A stretch of 64,000 nucleotides of DNA from Podospora anserina (lineage: Eukaryota): positions 682,001 to 746,000 of the forward strand of contig CM030333.1 in the NCBI GenBank assembly GCA_017654855.1, read 5' to 3'. The translations under genes were made by a program, and so were the position numbers. Below, in pieces: positions 52,535 through 64,000 of this stretch. The stretch's first letter is position 1; every line of letters begins with the position of its first letter. A model generated the notes under the pieces. That model was not told the DNA's origin, did not search any database, and saw only the letters and a list, made by a program, of their open reading frames with translations.

Positions 52535-54031
52535 AGCGTTTGTCTTTTTCGTGGTTTTTCTGCGAGCGCGGGCGCGGAGTACTTTCAGGGCGGTGCCTGT
52601 ACGAATATGGTCACATTTTCAGGCCCTTGTTCTGACTCTCACAACTTCCCTCCTTATCCTTTAACTATTCATCTCTGGAAAGATTGGTTTTGGCTCGGGG
52701 CAACTGGAGTGGGTGGGGGAAAGAGGGTAAGGAAAAAATAATTCACGTCATCAACTTTATGAAGCGCGGATATCATGGAGAAGAGAAAAATATGAAGGGT
52801 ATTTTGTGTGTTTTAATTGTTGTAGCTCAAGGGGAGCAAGGGAATGGGTTGATATAAATCTTGTATTTGTTGTTGTTGTTGTTTTTCTGCAGTGCGTTGC
52901 GATTCTGAGAAAATTAAAGGAGCGGATATCATAACATGGAGAGTGAGCGGCATATTGGCGGTGGCGTTTGCTTTTCTGATGTTTTGGTTTTGTTTAATTG
53001 ATGCCATCTCTCTTATTGCGTGGTGTTCTACTAGAGCATTGCTGAGCCTTGAGTGTGACTACGCAGAATATATAGCGGTCTTTTATACCTACCTCTCTTA
53101 CCAGGTTGCCTGGTTTGATGATTGTGATGACTCCATCATTGCTAGAACAAATTGAGAAGAAATGGGGGAAAACATAACCCAGTTGACGATGTATCCTTTC
53201 TCACCGAGGCTGTCGGCTGCCTACAGATACGTCATACCATGGCTACGGCTCCGGTGTTGCGAGTACCGGACGTTGACATTGAATATCAGCTCCGATGTCC
53301 CTTCAAAGATCGGCAGTTGATGACTCCGCCTCTCAGCTCACCAGGTTCCTCTTCACCGATGTTCGGTGATGGGCAGCTGTGACTGACCGAAAGCGCTCTC
53401 CGAGGTGTGAGTGAGGTGGGGCCCCACATTGGGACCAACCCCACATTGTTAACGGAGGTCGGTCGGGGAGCCTAAAGAGTGCCCAAAGGGAAGGAACGGT
53501 TGTGGGCGTCTTTCAGGTTAATCTGATGGGAGGGAGAAGATAGAGCTAGGCAGCAGGGGTATAGCTAAGCAATTAACTGTTGGGAGCAAAATGTTGCCGC
53601 CTCCCTCCCTCGTAGTGGTTTGAGGAGAGGATAGGAAGAAAAGAATCCCCACCTTTTTCTTCCATCCTGATTACGAAGGCGGTAAGGTTGAGGCAAGGCG
53701 GTGGGTGATCCGTGTGCCTGGGACCTTGGGTTTCTGCCCCTCCATTTGCCAACGGAGCAAGGTAGGTTCCTGGCCAACCTAAAACCTATTACCCGTAGAA
53801 AGTAACAAAAAGTTGTCTTAAAACTTATTTACCTACCTGAAGTTGCTTTTCTGCCTGTGCGGCCTGCTGCTGCCGGAGTTTATTCAATCTGCGCAAAAGT
53901 GATAACGAATACTAAACCGACTGTTAACGCGAAGGACGGACACGAAGCACGCGACCTACGCCCGTTCCCCCCCACCTTTCCGAACCGAGGCCAGAGACAG
54001 TTAGAGAGAGAGGGCAAGAAGAGTAATCAAG

Positions 54032-54748
54032 ATGTTGAAGATATGGTCGATGGTATGTCGCATGCATGGGCTGGGGGGAGAAAGTGGGGAAGGGTTCGAT
54101 GCTGATGATGGTGTGAAACCTCGAACAGAAAAAGGAGCAGCAAAAGGCTGAGAACTCCGATGGTGCTGCCGCTGGTGCTGCTGGAGGGCCAAAGAAGAAG
54201 AAGGTTACTGCGGCGCAATTGCGTGTGCAGAAGGGTATGTGTTTCTCTTCCTCGACCACGACCAGCAAAAGATACTGACCTCTTCTTGTCTGTTGTGTGC
54301 TCCAGACCTCAGCGAACTCTCCCTCGGCACAACGATGCGAACCGACTTCCCCGACCCGGACAACATCCTCTCGTTTATTCTGTATATCGAGCCCGACGAG
54401 GGCATGTACAAGGGCGGCCGGTTCTCCTTCACGTTCAACATCACGCCCAACTTTCCGCATGAGCCCCCCAAGGTGCAGTGCCGGGAGAAGATTTACCACC
54501 CCAACATTGACCTGGAGGGGAAGGTGTGCTTGAATATTCTGAGGGAGGACTGGAAGCCGGTGCTGAACTTGAATGCGGTGATTGTGGGGTTGCAATTTTT
54601 GTTTTTGGAGCCGAACGCGAGCGACCCGTTGAATAAGGAGGCGGCGGAGGATTTGAGGAGTAATAGGGAGGGGTTCAAGAGGAATGTGAGGAGCGCGATG
54701 ATGGGGGGGAGTGTGAAGGGGGAGGGGTTTGATAGGGTTGCTATTTGA
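54032..54748 (+). CDS. ubc12: NEDD8-conjugating enzyme Ubc12
   Basis: Exon 1 MLKIWSM; introns 54053-54128 and 54235-54305; VTAAQLRVQKDL and YHPNIDLEGKVCLNILREDWKPVL. Confidence 0.96.
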
Positions 54749-55233
54749 GGGGTGGACCGACCTGGTGAGGGAGAAGAGCAGAGGAATACATGACACAGTG
54801 GGGGAGCAGAAGTAGGAGAGCAGAAGTAGGGGAGGAGGAGGATATACCTACTACCTGGGCCTGGGGAAGCGAAACTACAGCACGCTGGTGAGAAGAGAAG
54901 CGGGTTAGATGATTATATGTCTACAGACTGGTGGAATGTTGCTTTGTTTTTAGTGTTCTGTGGGTTTGTTTTCTTGAGAACATGTACATCGCCGTCGGCT
55001 TCTACATATCCATGGCATGGGCATGATGTTAGATACACGTGATGTTGCTTTCTTCATGGGAATCACAATCCGATACGGGAGGTGAGCGCCGATGGCATTC
55101 CGGTCCCAATTTAGAGTCACCGAATATCCCCACAGCGCCAAGTCTGGACAGGAACCACGCTCTCGGCCCCCGGCTCTGTCGCTAAGCGGAGGCCGGCCGG
55201 TCCAGGAGAGCCCGGAGCTAGTACGGAGTCGGG

Positions 55234-55569
55234 TGAGTCAATCAACGGCGGCCACATCGGACAGGTCTGGGTCGACAGCGCGCTGAGTGCTGGCACGGCC
55301 GTTGTCACTCTCACCTTGGAGATGCCACGAAGTGCTGCCCCCAAGCAAATGCCCCGCACCCGCCCGCACTCGCACTGGCAAGCTAACTGAGCCTGGATCC
55401 AAGCTTGAGAAGCGGTGGACCCTCTGGCCTGCCCCTGCCGCCCCGGATTCACCCTGGCCAATCAGATCGGGGCCATAACCCACCCTCAAGCACGCCAGTC
55501 CCCCCGAAGTCGGTCTGGACGGCCGCTGGCAGGGCAGCAGGGAGACCGAAAAATAAAAAACTCTGACTC
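55234..55569 (+). promoter_or_regulatory. ilv5 promoter with candidate Gcn4/CPC-1, CCAAT and Leu3/LeuB sites
   Basis: TGAGTCA at 55234-55240, CCAAT at ~55459, CCGAAGTCGG (CCG-N4-CGG) at 55504-55513 and TGACTC at 55564. Confidence 0.55.
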
Positions 55570-55738
55570 GCAGCTCCGGTGACTGTGTGTTTGCCAGGTG
55601 GACGTTTCGACGGTGAACCTCCTACATAATCAACAGCTCTCCCCTCTCTCTCCCCAAGCTTCGGAACTTGGAACCTTCTTTTTTTCCAAACCCAATCCCC
55701 ACTCCCCTCCTCAACCACCAGACCAGACCAGAGTCAAC

Positions 55739-57120
55739 ATGTCTGCCGCCAGAAACCTCCAAAAGGCCCTGCGCCCTCTGGCTCGCCAGGTGACCTCCCC
55801 CGCCGTCCAGAGACGCACCTTCGTTGCCGCCGCCGGTGCTGTCCGCGCTGCTGCCGTCTCCCGCGCCGCTGCCCCCGTTGCTAAGCAGCAGACCCGCGGT
55901 GTCAAGACCATCGACTTTGCCGGTCACAAGGAGGATGTCTACGAGCGTGCCGACTGGCCCGTTGAGAAGCTCCAGGTATGTTTTAATCCGACTCTTTTCG
56001 ACCAATTGGGATTCAACTGGGTCCTGATTGGTCCTTTTTAGAGAGGCATTTATAGCTAACTTGAGTGACCATTCCCACAGGACTACTTCAAGAACGACAC
56101 TCTCGCTCTCATCGGCTACGGCTCTCAGGGTCACGGCCAGGGTCTCAACCTCCGTGACAACGGCATCAACGTCATCATTGGTGTCCGCAAGGATGGCAAG
56201 TCGTGGAAGGATGCCATTCAGGACGGCTGGGTTCCCGGCAAGAACCTCTTCGAGGTCGACGAGGCCATCTCCAAGGGTACCATCATCATGAACCTGCTCT
56301 CGGATGCCGCTCAGTCCGAGACCTGGCCTCACATCAAGCCCCAGATCACCAAGGGCAAGGTAAGCTCATCCCTGTTTTGTGGGCTCCGTGGAGAACAACG
56401 TCATGCTGACATAGCTGCCCTTAGACTCTCTACTTCTCCCACGGTTTCTCCCCCGTGTTCAAGGATCTCACCAAGGTCGAGGTCCCCACTGACGTCGACG
56501 TCATCCTCTGCGCCCCCAAGGGTTCCGGCCGCACCGTCCGCTCCCTTTTCAAGGAGGGCCGTGGCATCAACTCCTCCTTCGCCGTCTACCAGGATGTGAC
56601 CGGCAAGGCCAAGGAGAAGGCCATCGCCATGGGTGTTGCCATTGGCTCCGGCTACCTCTACGAGACCACCTTCGAGAAGGAGGTCTACTCTGACCTCTAC
56701 GGTGAGCGCGGCTGCCTCATGGGTGGTATCCACGGCATGTTCCTCGCCCAGTACGAGGTTCTCCGTGAGCGCGGCCACTCCCCCAGCGAGGCTTTCAACG
56801 AGACCGTTGAGGAGGCTACCCAGTCCCTCTACCCCCTCATTGGTGCCTACGGCATGGACTGGATGTTCGACGCCTGCTCCACCACCGCCCGCCGCGGTGC
56901 CATTGACTGGACTCCCAAGTTCAAGGACGCCCTCAAGCCCGTCTTCAACAACCTCTACGACTCGGTCAAGGACGGCTCCGAGACCAAGCGCTCCCTCGAG
57001 TACAACTCCCAGCCCGACTACCGTGAGAAGTACGAGAAGGAGCTCGAGGAGATCCGCAACCTCGAGATCTGGCGCGCCGGCAAGGCCGTCCGTGCCCTCC
57101 GCCCCGAGAACACCAAGTAA
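55739..57120 (+). CDS. ilv5: Mitochondrial ketol-acid reductoisomerase
   Basis: Arg/Ala-rich presequence; IGYGSQGHGQGLNLRD and DLYGERGCLMG; introns 55976-56080 and 56360-56424; strong C-ending codon bias. Confidence 0.97.
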
Positions 57121-57694
57121 GGTGTTTGAAGGAGTGTTGTGGTGTTGATGGTGGTGGTGGTGGGTTGATTGGTTTCTGGTCCGGGAAAACAAAAACAGTT
57201 TATGATACTCTGGTCATGGGATTGGGAGCAGAAAAAAAGGTTCACGGAAAATGGACTTGTGTGCCCAAACACTAGGGGATACGGGATATACCTCGGGCAA
57301 ATGGGGATCAAAAAGCCTTGATTCGTTTTGCGGCCATTGCGATATTTTTTCATTTTTCTCATGTTTTTCTTTCAGTTAATGGGTGGTTCTTGTACATATA
57401 TACCTGATGAATGCATTTCGGAGTTGACATGGAGAGAACTTTAGTTTCAAGATTTATGTGTGCTTTATGTGAGGGGATGTGGTTGGATGTGTAGGGTAAG
57501 TGATCTTGTTTTCTATTGGTTGGTCGTGGCTAACATGGAGATAGATCCACCTCGGAACGTCCATTGGATATCGAGCGTTGTCAAGTTAAGCAGCAATCAA
57601 GTCGACTTGGTGAAGTAAATCATTATGGGAATTTGGTGGTGTTCACAGCATTGGTTTCTATCTTTTGGTTTTCAGACTCCTCTAGTCTCAACAT

Positions 57695-58824
57695 TCACTG
57701 GTCCTTGAACAGCTCCCCCAACGCAGCCAAACTCACATTTCCACCACTAAACACCACCCCCAGATCCCACCCCTCCTCTCCCCCTTCCTGCTCAACCATT
57801 TTCCTAAAATCCTCGTTATACAGCGCAACTGCTAAGCCGACCACAGCAGAGGGCTCAACCACCACCTTGAGGCGCTCATACACCAGCCTCATGGCCGCCC
57901 TGATCTGGTCCTCGGTGACGGAGTACATCCCGTCGACCAACCTCCTTTCATAAATGATACTCCAGGGTATCTTGCCCACCGGCGTCCTCAGCCCATCACC
58001 AATGGTTAGCGACTTGACGGCCTCGACTCTCTTACCAGAGTAATACCCCCTCTTGCCGTCGTCTGCCCCCTCAAAGGAGGGCTCAGCACCAAAGACTTTT
58101 GTCTTGCTCTCGGAGCAGGCGAGGGCGGTGCCGGAGAGGAGACCGCCGCCTCCGCAGGGGGTGATGATTGCGTTTAGGGGGGTGGGGACTTGGGATAGGA
58201 GCTCGAGGGCGGCGGTTCCCTGGCCGGCGATGATGTGAGGGTGGTCGTAGGGGGGGATGAGGGCTGCGCCGGTGGAGGAGATGATTTTCTGGGCGGCGGC
58301 TTCGCGCTCTGGGGCTGTGGGGCCGGAGAAGGTGATTTGGGCGGAGTAGGAGAGGGTGGCGGCTATTTTGGAGGGGGTGGAGATTGTGGGCATGATGATG
58401 TAGGCTGGGATGGAGGAGGTTTTGGCGGCTAGAGAGAGGGCTTGGGCGTGGTTGCCTGGGGGGTTAGGTAAGTGATGGGGTGAGGGAGGGGGTTAGTGTA
58501 AATACCTGATGAGTGAGTTACCACACCGCGGGAGGGGTCAAAGTCGGGGGATTGCTTTAGGCGTTCGATGGCGTGGAAAGCACCGCGGGCCTTGAAGGCA
58601 CCGATGCGTTGGAAGTTTTCGCATTTGAAATGGATGCGGAGGATGGGGTTGGAGGGGGTTTGGCCGGACCACTCTGTGTTGGAGAGGGATTCGGGGGTTT
58701 GGGGGGTGGAGGCGAGGGTGTTGATGTAGGTTGAGGTGAGGACGGGGGTCTGGTGGATGAAGGGTTTGATGAGTTTGTGAGCTTCTTGGACGGAGGCCAA
58801 GGTGAGGGTTTCGGGGGAAGACAT
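57695..58824 (-). CDS. PLP fold-type II serine racemase / Sry1-like ammonia-lyase
   Basis: FKCENFQRIGAFKARGA (PLP Lys), HSSGNHAQAL across intron 58456-58505, GQGT, GGGGLLSG, VVEPS and SGGN; no regulatory ACT domain. Confidence 0.92.
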
Positions 58825-59129
58825 TGTGATGGTGTGTTTGAGCCCGGGCCGGGAGTGGATCGGGGTTCGGATCCGGATCGCGGGGTAGTTTTGGTGTAAA
58901 GTGTAAGTTGACAGCACACACGACTGGTGATTAGCAAGTTTTATGTGCAATGAGTTTGGTATGGCAGTGAGACGTTCAAATTGAGTTTTAAAGGTAAAGA
59001 ATCCTAGCCCATGATAGCTCCACCTGTCTTAGCCCTGCTGTTGACATTTGACATTCTCGCCTTCCTAATCGAGGTTGACATGGCGGGCTGGCCGGGTGAG
59101 GGGTTGATTAGCTGAGGAGTTGCTATGGC

Positions 59130-59304
59130 CCGATAACGGAGCACCGCAACGGTCCGAACCGGTCAGAGGAAGCGTTTTCACCGTCAAAGCCCGTTAAGAG
59201 CACCCCGACCACGGGAGATAACGGCCGGAATTTCTCCGGCCGTTTCGATCGGGCGTCTTGGGAAAAAAATGGGGAGGGAGGCCGGCTGAGGCCGGTTATG
59301 GCCG
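59130..59304. promoter_or_regulatory. Cluster of CCG/CGG triplets (candidate Zn2Cys6 sites) in a divergent promoter
   Basis: CCG-N7-CCG at 59144/59154, 59181/59191 and 59282/59292/59302; 10-bp inverted repeat at 59220-59244. Confidence 0.55.
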
Positions 59305-59902
59305 GAGATGGGTGGAGCTCGTTTGTTGCTGTTACATAGCTAGTGCATAGTCGACACCACTGCATGGGTTGCTTTCTTCCACTTCATTCGGATGCAAGGG
59401 TGACGACAGGAGTATAGGGTGAGTTTCTCTTATCTTTTCGGCTGGTCATGGTGAGGGCGCATGAACTGTATTTTGGTGTGTTTGGACTGACTTGCACGAC
59501 CATAGGCGTGCACCAGTGACGTTGAGGTTAGTGCTGGTGGTTATCTTGCTTGATATTGCGAGCTTAGGAACATACAATATACTGATTCGAACCATTATTT
59601 CTTTGTCGAGATCCCGCTGCCAGACACGATGGCCGGGCCAGCAAGGTGACAGTCTCGTGGTCTCCTCATGGCTTTCCATGACAAAGAGAAATCGGTCTGT
59701 CGGATATCAACCATCCGGGGGAGTTGCTAGTTCGCATAGACGGTCAAGATGTGACCAGGGCGAGGCCGGAATAGATTCCGGCCATGGTGTATATAGGCGA
59801 GCAACTTGGCCATTCTTCAGGACCAAATCAACAGCTTCTATCTCAACTTCAAACATCTTCCCGATACTTCGAACCCTCAAAGATTCTTGACCTCAAGACA
59901 CA

Positions 59903-61398
59903 ATGGGTTCCCTATCCAACCCCGTCACCCCCTTCAACGTCCTCACAGACGCCAAACCAGACGACACCTCCCTCCCAGCCTTCATGGTGTCCACCACCCG
60001 CGGCTTCCTCCCCCGTGCCGACCCCATCGTCACTCTACCCCCCGAGTTTGACCCTCTGGAGTCGATCCTTCAGCGTATGCCCGTCAAGACGGCCTCTGGT
60101 GAGCCTGGCCTCCTAGCCGAGGGCAAGCTGGGCAATGTCGTCCTGTCCGAGCTCCCAGACTTGACCTCCCACATCGACAAGTACGCCCCCAACCTCCCCT
60201 TGATGAACGCCCTGTACCGAGACTACTCCTTCCTCTTGTCCGCCTTCCTCCTCGAACCCTGCCACCTCCGCTTCATCAAAGGCGAACCCTACGGCCTAGC
60301 CCGTGATGTCCTCCCAGCCAACATTGCCCGCCCAATCAAGCGCTGTGCCGAATTGTATGACACCCCCAGTCCCCCTTCCCTCTTATCACTGTTGCTAACC
60401 CTCCTGCCACAAAAAGAACGGGCTTCAAACCCTTCATGGAATACGCCGGCTCCTACGCCCTCTACAACTACCGCCTCGCCAACCCCCCCTCTGGCCTCTC
60501 CTACCCCAACCTCCGCCTCATCCGCGCGTTCGAGCACGGGCTCGACCCCTCCTCCTCCGAGGCAGGCTTCGTGCTCGTGCACATCGCCATGGTCTCCCAC
60601 TCCCCTCTGCTAGTCTCAGGCTGCGTCAACGCCTTATCGTCCGCTACCTCCCGCGACAGGAGCAGGTTCAACACCGCCCTCGGGGAGGAGATGTTGACCG
60701 CGTTGCGCAACATCAACAGGTCGATGGAGACGATGTGGCAAAAGTCCAAACCGGGGAGCTACACCTCGTTTCGGACCTTCATCTTTGGGATCACCTCGCA
60801 GAGCATGTTTCCCCACGGGGTGCTGTACGAGGGGATAGAGGAGTACAAAGGGGAGAGACAGAGTTTCAGGGGGGAGTCGGGGGCGAACGATAGTATGATT
60901 CCACTGATGGATAGTTTGTTGAGTATTCCGATGCCGGAGACGCCGTTGACGGAGATATTGAAGGATTTTAGGCAGTACAGGCCGTCGAATCACCGGGATT
61001 TTATCAAGTATGTAGCTGAGAGGCAGGATGAGTTGGGGATCAAGCGATGGGCTTTGGGCGGGGAGGAGAAGGAGGAGGAGGGGAGGGAGACAAGGAGGCT
61101 TTGGTTGAGGCTGTTGGATCAGGTGAGGGAGTTTAGGTGGCGGCATTGGTGTTTTGCTAGGGAGTATATCCTCAAGCAGACTTCGCATCCTACTGCTACG
61201 GGGGGGAGTCCGATTGTGACTTGGTTGCCTAATCAGTTGGGTGCTGTGTTGGCTGAGATGGAGAAGATTTATGGGGAGGGTGGTGGGAGGGGGAAGCTGG
61301 GGGAGGAGATCGAGGGGATTATGGACTTGGTGGGGAGGCAGAGGGAGATGTTGGAGAAGGAGGTGAGGAAGTTTTGTGAGGATAGGGGTGTTAACTAG
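59903..61398 (+). CDS. Indoleamine 2,3-dioxygenase, probably the IDO-gamma/IdoC type
   Basis: Intron 60355-60416; RGFLP, SEAGFVLVHIAM, FRGESGANDS, FRQYRP, FRWRHW (proximal His) and TATGGSPIVTWLPNQL. Confidence 0.92.
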
Positions 61399-61624
61399 GT
61401 AGATATGTGGCTCGGTATGGCGTTTGTGAGTAAATAATGCAATATCGAGATTTGTCTCCCCTTAACCAATGCTATGCTTTCTACTTCTCTCTTTCAACAA
61501 ATCGCAAACAGTTCCAACGCCAACTCCATTAATACCCCCTACTCATGCCACCCATACCATTACATTATCATGATCCATTCCTGTCACTTTAAACCAGATC
61601 CCATCCCCCCCCCCTCCCCCCAAT

Positions 61625-62826
61625 TCAAAAAGCCATAACCATCCCAGCCACCCCAACCAAAGCTCCCACAAACGCCCCCTCATACCTCACAGCAGCCCCC
61701 GTCCCCGGCAAAGCCTTCGCAACCCCAGCCGTCTCCCCCGCTCTCACAAGCGTACAGCTCGCCGTCCCACAACCATACCCATCAGGACAGCACCCCTCAC
61801 TTTCATCCCTCTCATTGCACATGAACCACCCATTAGCACACTCATCCCCCATCACAGGCGGCGCACCAGTCGGCATCGGCACCGCAATCGTCACCCCATT
61901 GCCATCAACCACCGTCGTCGAGGAAGTCAAAGGCGGGCAATCAGTCTCGGCGCAACCCCGACCTATCTGACAACACCCCCCCTCGTTATTCGCACGAGCA
62001 AGACAAGCATAATACCCCGTGGGACAAAATCCCGGTTCACCCGTTGTAGACGTCTCCGGGGCGTCATCAGACGTAGTTGTCGATGACTGGGGTCGAGTTG
62101 ACGTCGTTTCCGGAGTAGAACTCGACTCTGAAGTAGTTGTTGTTGTTGCCTCCAGCGGAGCCGAGGTCGTGGTTGTAGTTGGGATGGGAACAGGAGTGGA
62201 CACTATCCCCTCCTTGACACCTACAGTTTCATATCAGTCAACCATCCCACCAAAAATCCATGTCAAGATGGGCACTTACAACCCAACCCGCCGCAAACCC
62301 ACCCCTTCAAACAACACCCTCCCCCAACCTCACTCGGGCACCCAACCCCCCCCTCCCCGCAACTCGTCACGCCCCCTGTGCACTGGGTGTTATCCGGGCA
62401 GCAACCCACCGGCCCCAAGCCAGTATCCGGGATTTTGATGCATGTCGACCCTTCGTGGCAGCAGGTGTTGGGGTAGCCGATGTTGCTGCATAATAGGGTG
62501 TCTGTCGGACAGGACCACTGTCTTTTGCTTACTCCCAGCACCCCTCGTCGTTGTGGGTTGGGGGATGCGGGTGGAGGAGGGTTGTAGACTGCGCGGAGGG
62601 GGGCGGAGAAGGAGGTTCCATCTCTCGGGAGGAGGACCGCAGCAGAAGAGTTGGAAGGGGATGTTTGGGAGGGGTCGAAGGCGCAAAAGTGGGAGTGGAA
62701 TTTGAGGGAGGGGTTGTTGGGGGGCATTTTTCGGATGGCGGTTGGTTGTTGGAGCGGGGTTTGTTGTTCGGCGAGGGAGAGGTGGGCGGATATTAAGGCC
62801 CAGAGCGGGAGGGGGAGGGGGCGCAT
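61625..62826 (-). CDS. Cys-rich GPI-anchored cell-surface protein
   Basis: Signal peptide; repeated CP..C..CC modules; Ser/Thr stalk; hydrophobic C-terminus; intron 62221-62279. Confidence 0.88.
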
Positions 62827-63531
62827 TGTGGTGGTGGTGGTGGTGAGTGAGGTTGTCTGTGATCTGGGGAGGGAGCGGTGTTGCGAATTGAATTGAATTG
62901 CGGTGTAGCGTCGGGTGCACAAGAGGGGTTACCGTCGCGCGGGCACAGCGGGGGTAATTCAACAGAGAAAAATGTGTCAACAATAAATCATGCAAGAACC
63001 TCAACCCTGGGAGAGCCGTCTGTATCGCCAGAGGAGGCGTGGTCGTGATTGTAAATGTTCAGCTGTCGCAAGTCGCATGCGCAAACAGCTATGTTGACAT
63101 TCTGTGGGTCCGGCTCTTTTGGTCGAGAACACCGCGACAACGCAACGGTCAAGGGGGGCGCTGCTTATCGTTGCTTGGCGTACACGTTGGCTGGAGCTAA
63201 ACTGTGAGAAGGGGTCAATGACGTCTGGACAGACAACCAGATGAAAGTCGGTGAGTGGATCTCCTGTAAGATCTGAGCCAAAAATTAAGAATAGAAAACA
63301 GGGTGAACAACAACATCAACAACTGGAAAAGCTCAGTACCACAAACTCTCGGGAACCCCCTGCATCACCCCACCCGACCATCGGAACCCCCCACGTCCAA
63401 TCATCCCAACTCGGCAGTTTGTTTACATGTCCCCTAAATTGCTTCAACGTTTATACATTTTAGATTGAGGGTATCTACCACAGGTGCACATCCATAGTCT
63501 TACACAACATCCCCCCCCTTATCCAAACTTT

Positions 63532-64000
63532 TTAAATCTCAAACAGCGTCTCCTTCGTGACCTCCTCACCATCCTCCTCCGCTGCCTCCTTCTTCAACAC
63601 AGCCTTCTGCATCCCCTTCAAAAACGAGGCACACAGCAACGCCCCCGCCACATTGACATTCAAACTATCCACCACGCTCTGTCCCGCCATGGAAGGGATA
63701 TTCAACTCGTAATCCGCCTTCTTGACCACCAGCCTGTCTAACCCCTCACCTTCACTCCCCAGCAACAAAACACACGGCGTTCTCTTCAACGGGTCCGTCT
63801 TCTCAATATCAAACAAATCAACCTGTCTTCTTTGTCTTGTAGCACCCGGCTCCTGAGCAACAGCAGCATAAACCTCCCAGCCGTTCGCCCTCGAAGCATT
63901 GAGGAACTCGGGCAGAGAATTAATCCCAAAAATGGTCACCTCCTCCGCCGCACCAGCCGATGCCTTCAACGCGACAGGCGTGATTTTTGTCCCACCATAG
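63532..64000 (-). CDS. mrm1: SpoU-family mitochondrial rRNA methyltransferase (Mrm1/Pet56), 5' partial
   Basis: KASAGA, LLLGSEGEGL and VDSLNVNVA SPOUT motifs. Confidence 0.88.
   Translation of the reverse strand, partial: YGGTKITPVALKASAGAAEEVTIFGINSLPEFLNASRANGWEVYAAVAQEPGATRQRRQVDLFDIEKTDPLKRTPCVLLLGSEGEGLDRLVVKKADYELNIPSMAGQSVVDSLNVNVAGALLCASFLKGMQKAVLKKEAAEEDGEEVTKETLFEI

Noticed and set aside
6707..54748. Ubiquitin-system 'cluster' (CTLH scaffold, Otu2, Ubc12)
   Set aside because: Housekeeping genes separated by unrelated genes; likely coincidence.
53924..54796. 290-aa minus-strand ORF
   Set aside because: Antisense to ubc12 and reads through its introns.
55622..57192. 236-aa and 263-aa minus-strand ORFs
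   Set aside because: Antisense shadows of codon-biased ilv5.

Overview
Eukaryotic DNA from a filamentous ascomycete: short GT-AG introns with CTAAC/CTGAC branch points and a Sordariomycete-like gene set; the style suggests Podospora or a relative (inference). Seventeen protein-coding genes are supported: a secreted KR-site/pentapeptide-repeat protein (partial, with a frame break), Ies4, a RanBPM-like SPRY-LisH-CTLH-CRA protein, Otu2, an SDR with a PTS1-like end, a 74-aa microprotein, Sam35, a Num1/ApsA-family PH protein, Ras2, a haloacid dehalogenase, Opy2, a class III chitin synthase, Ubc12, Ilv5, a serine-racemase/Sry1-like PLP enzyme divergent from an indoleamine 2,3-dioxygenase (gamma-like), a Cys-rich GPI protein, plus the 3' end of Mrm1/Pet56. 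An ~11.8 kb gap (22.6-34.4 kb) has no clear gene but holds an AT-richer, possibly decayed coding relic. No tRNA, rRNA, CRISPR array or intact transposon was seen. Most interesting: the PLP-lyase/IDO divergent pair with a structured CCG-repeat promoter, a 5' C-rich to 3' G-rich switch inside many short genes, the microprotein and the frameshifted repeat protein.
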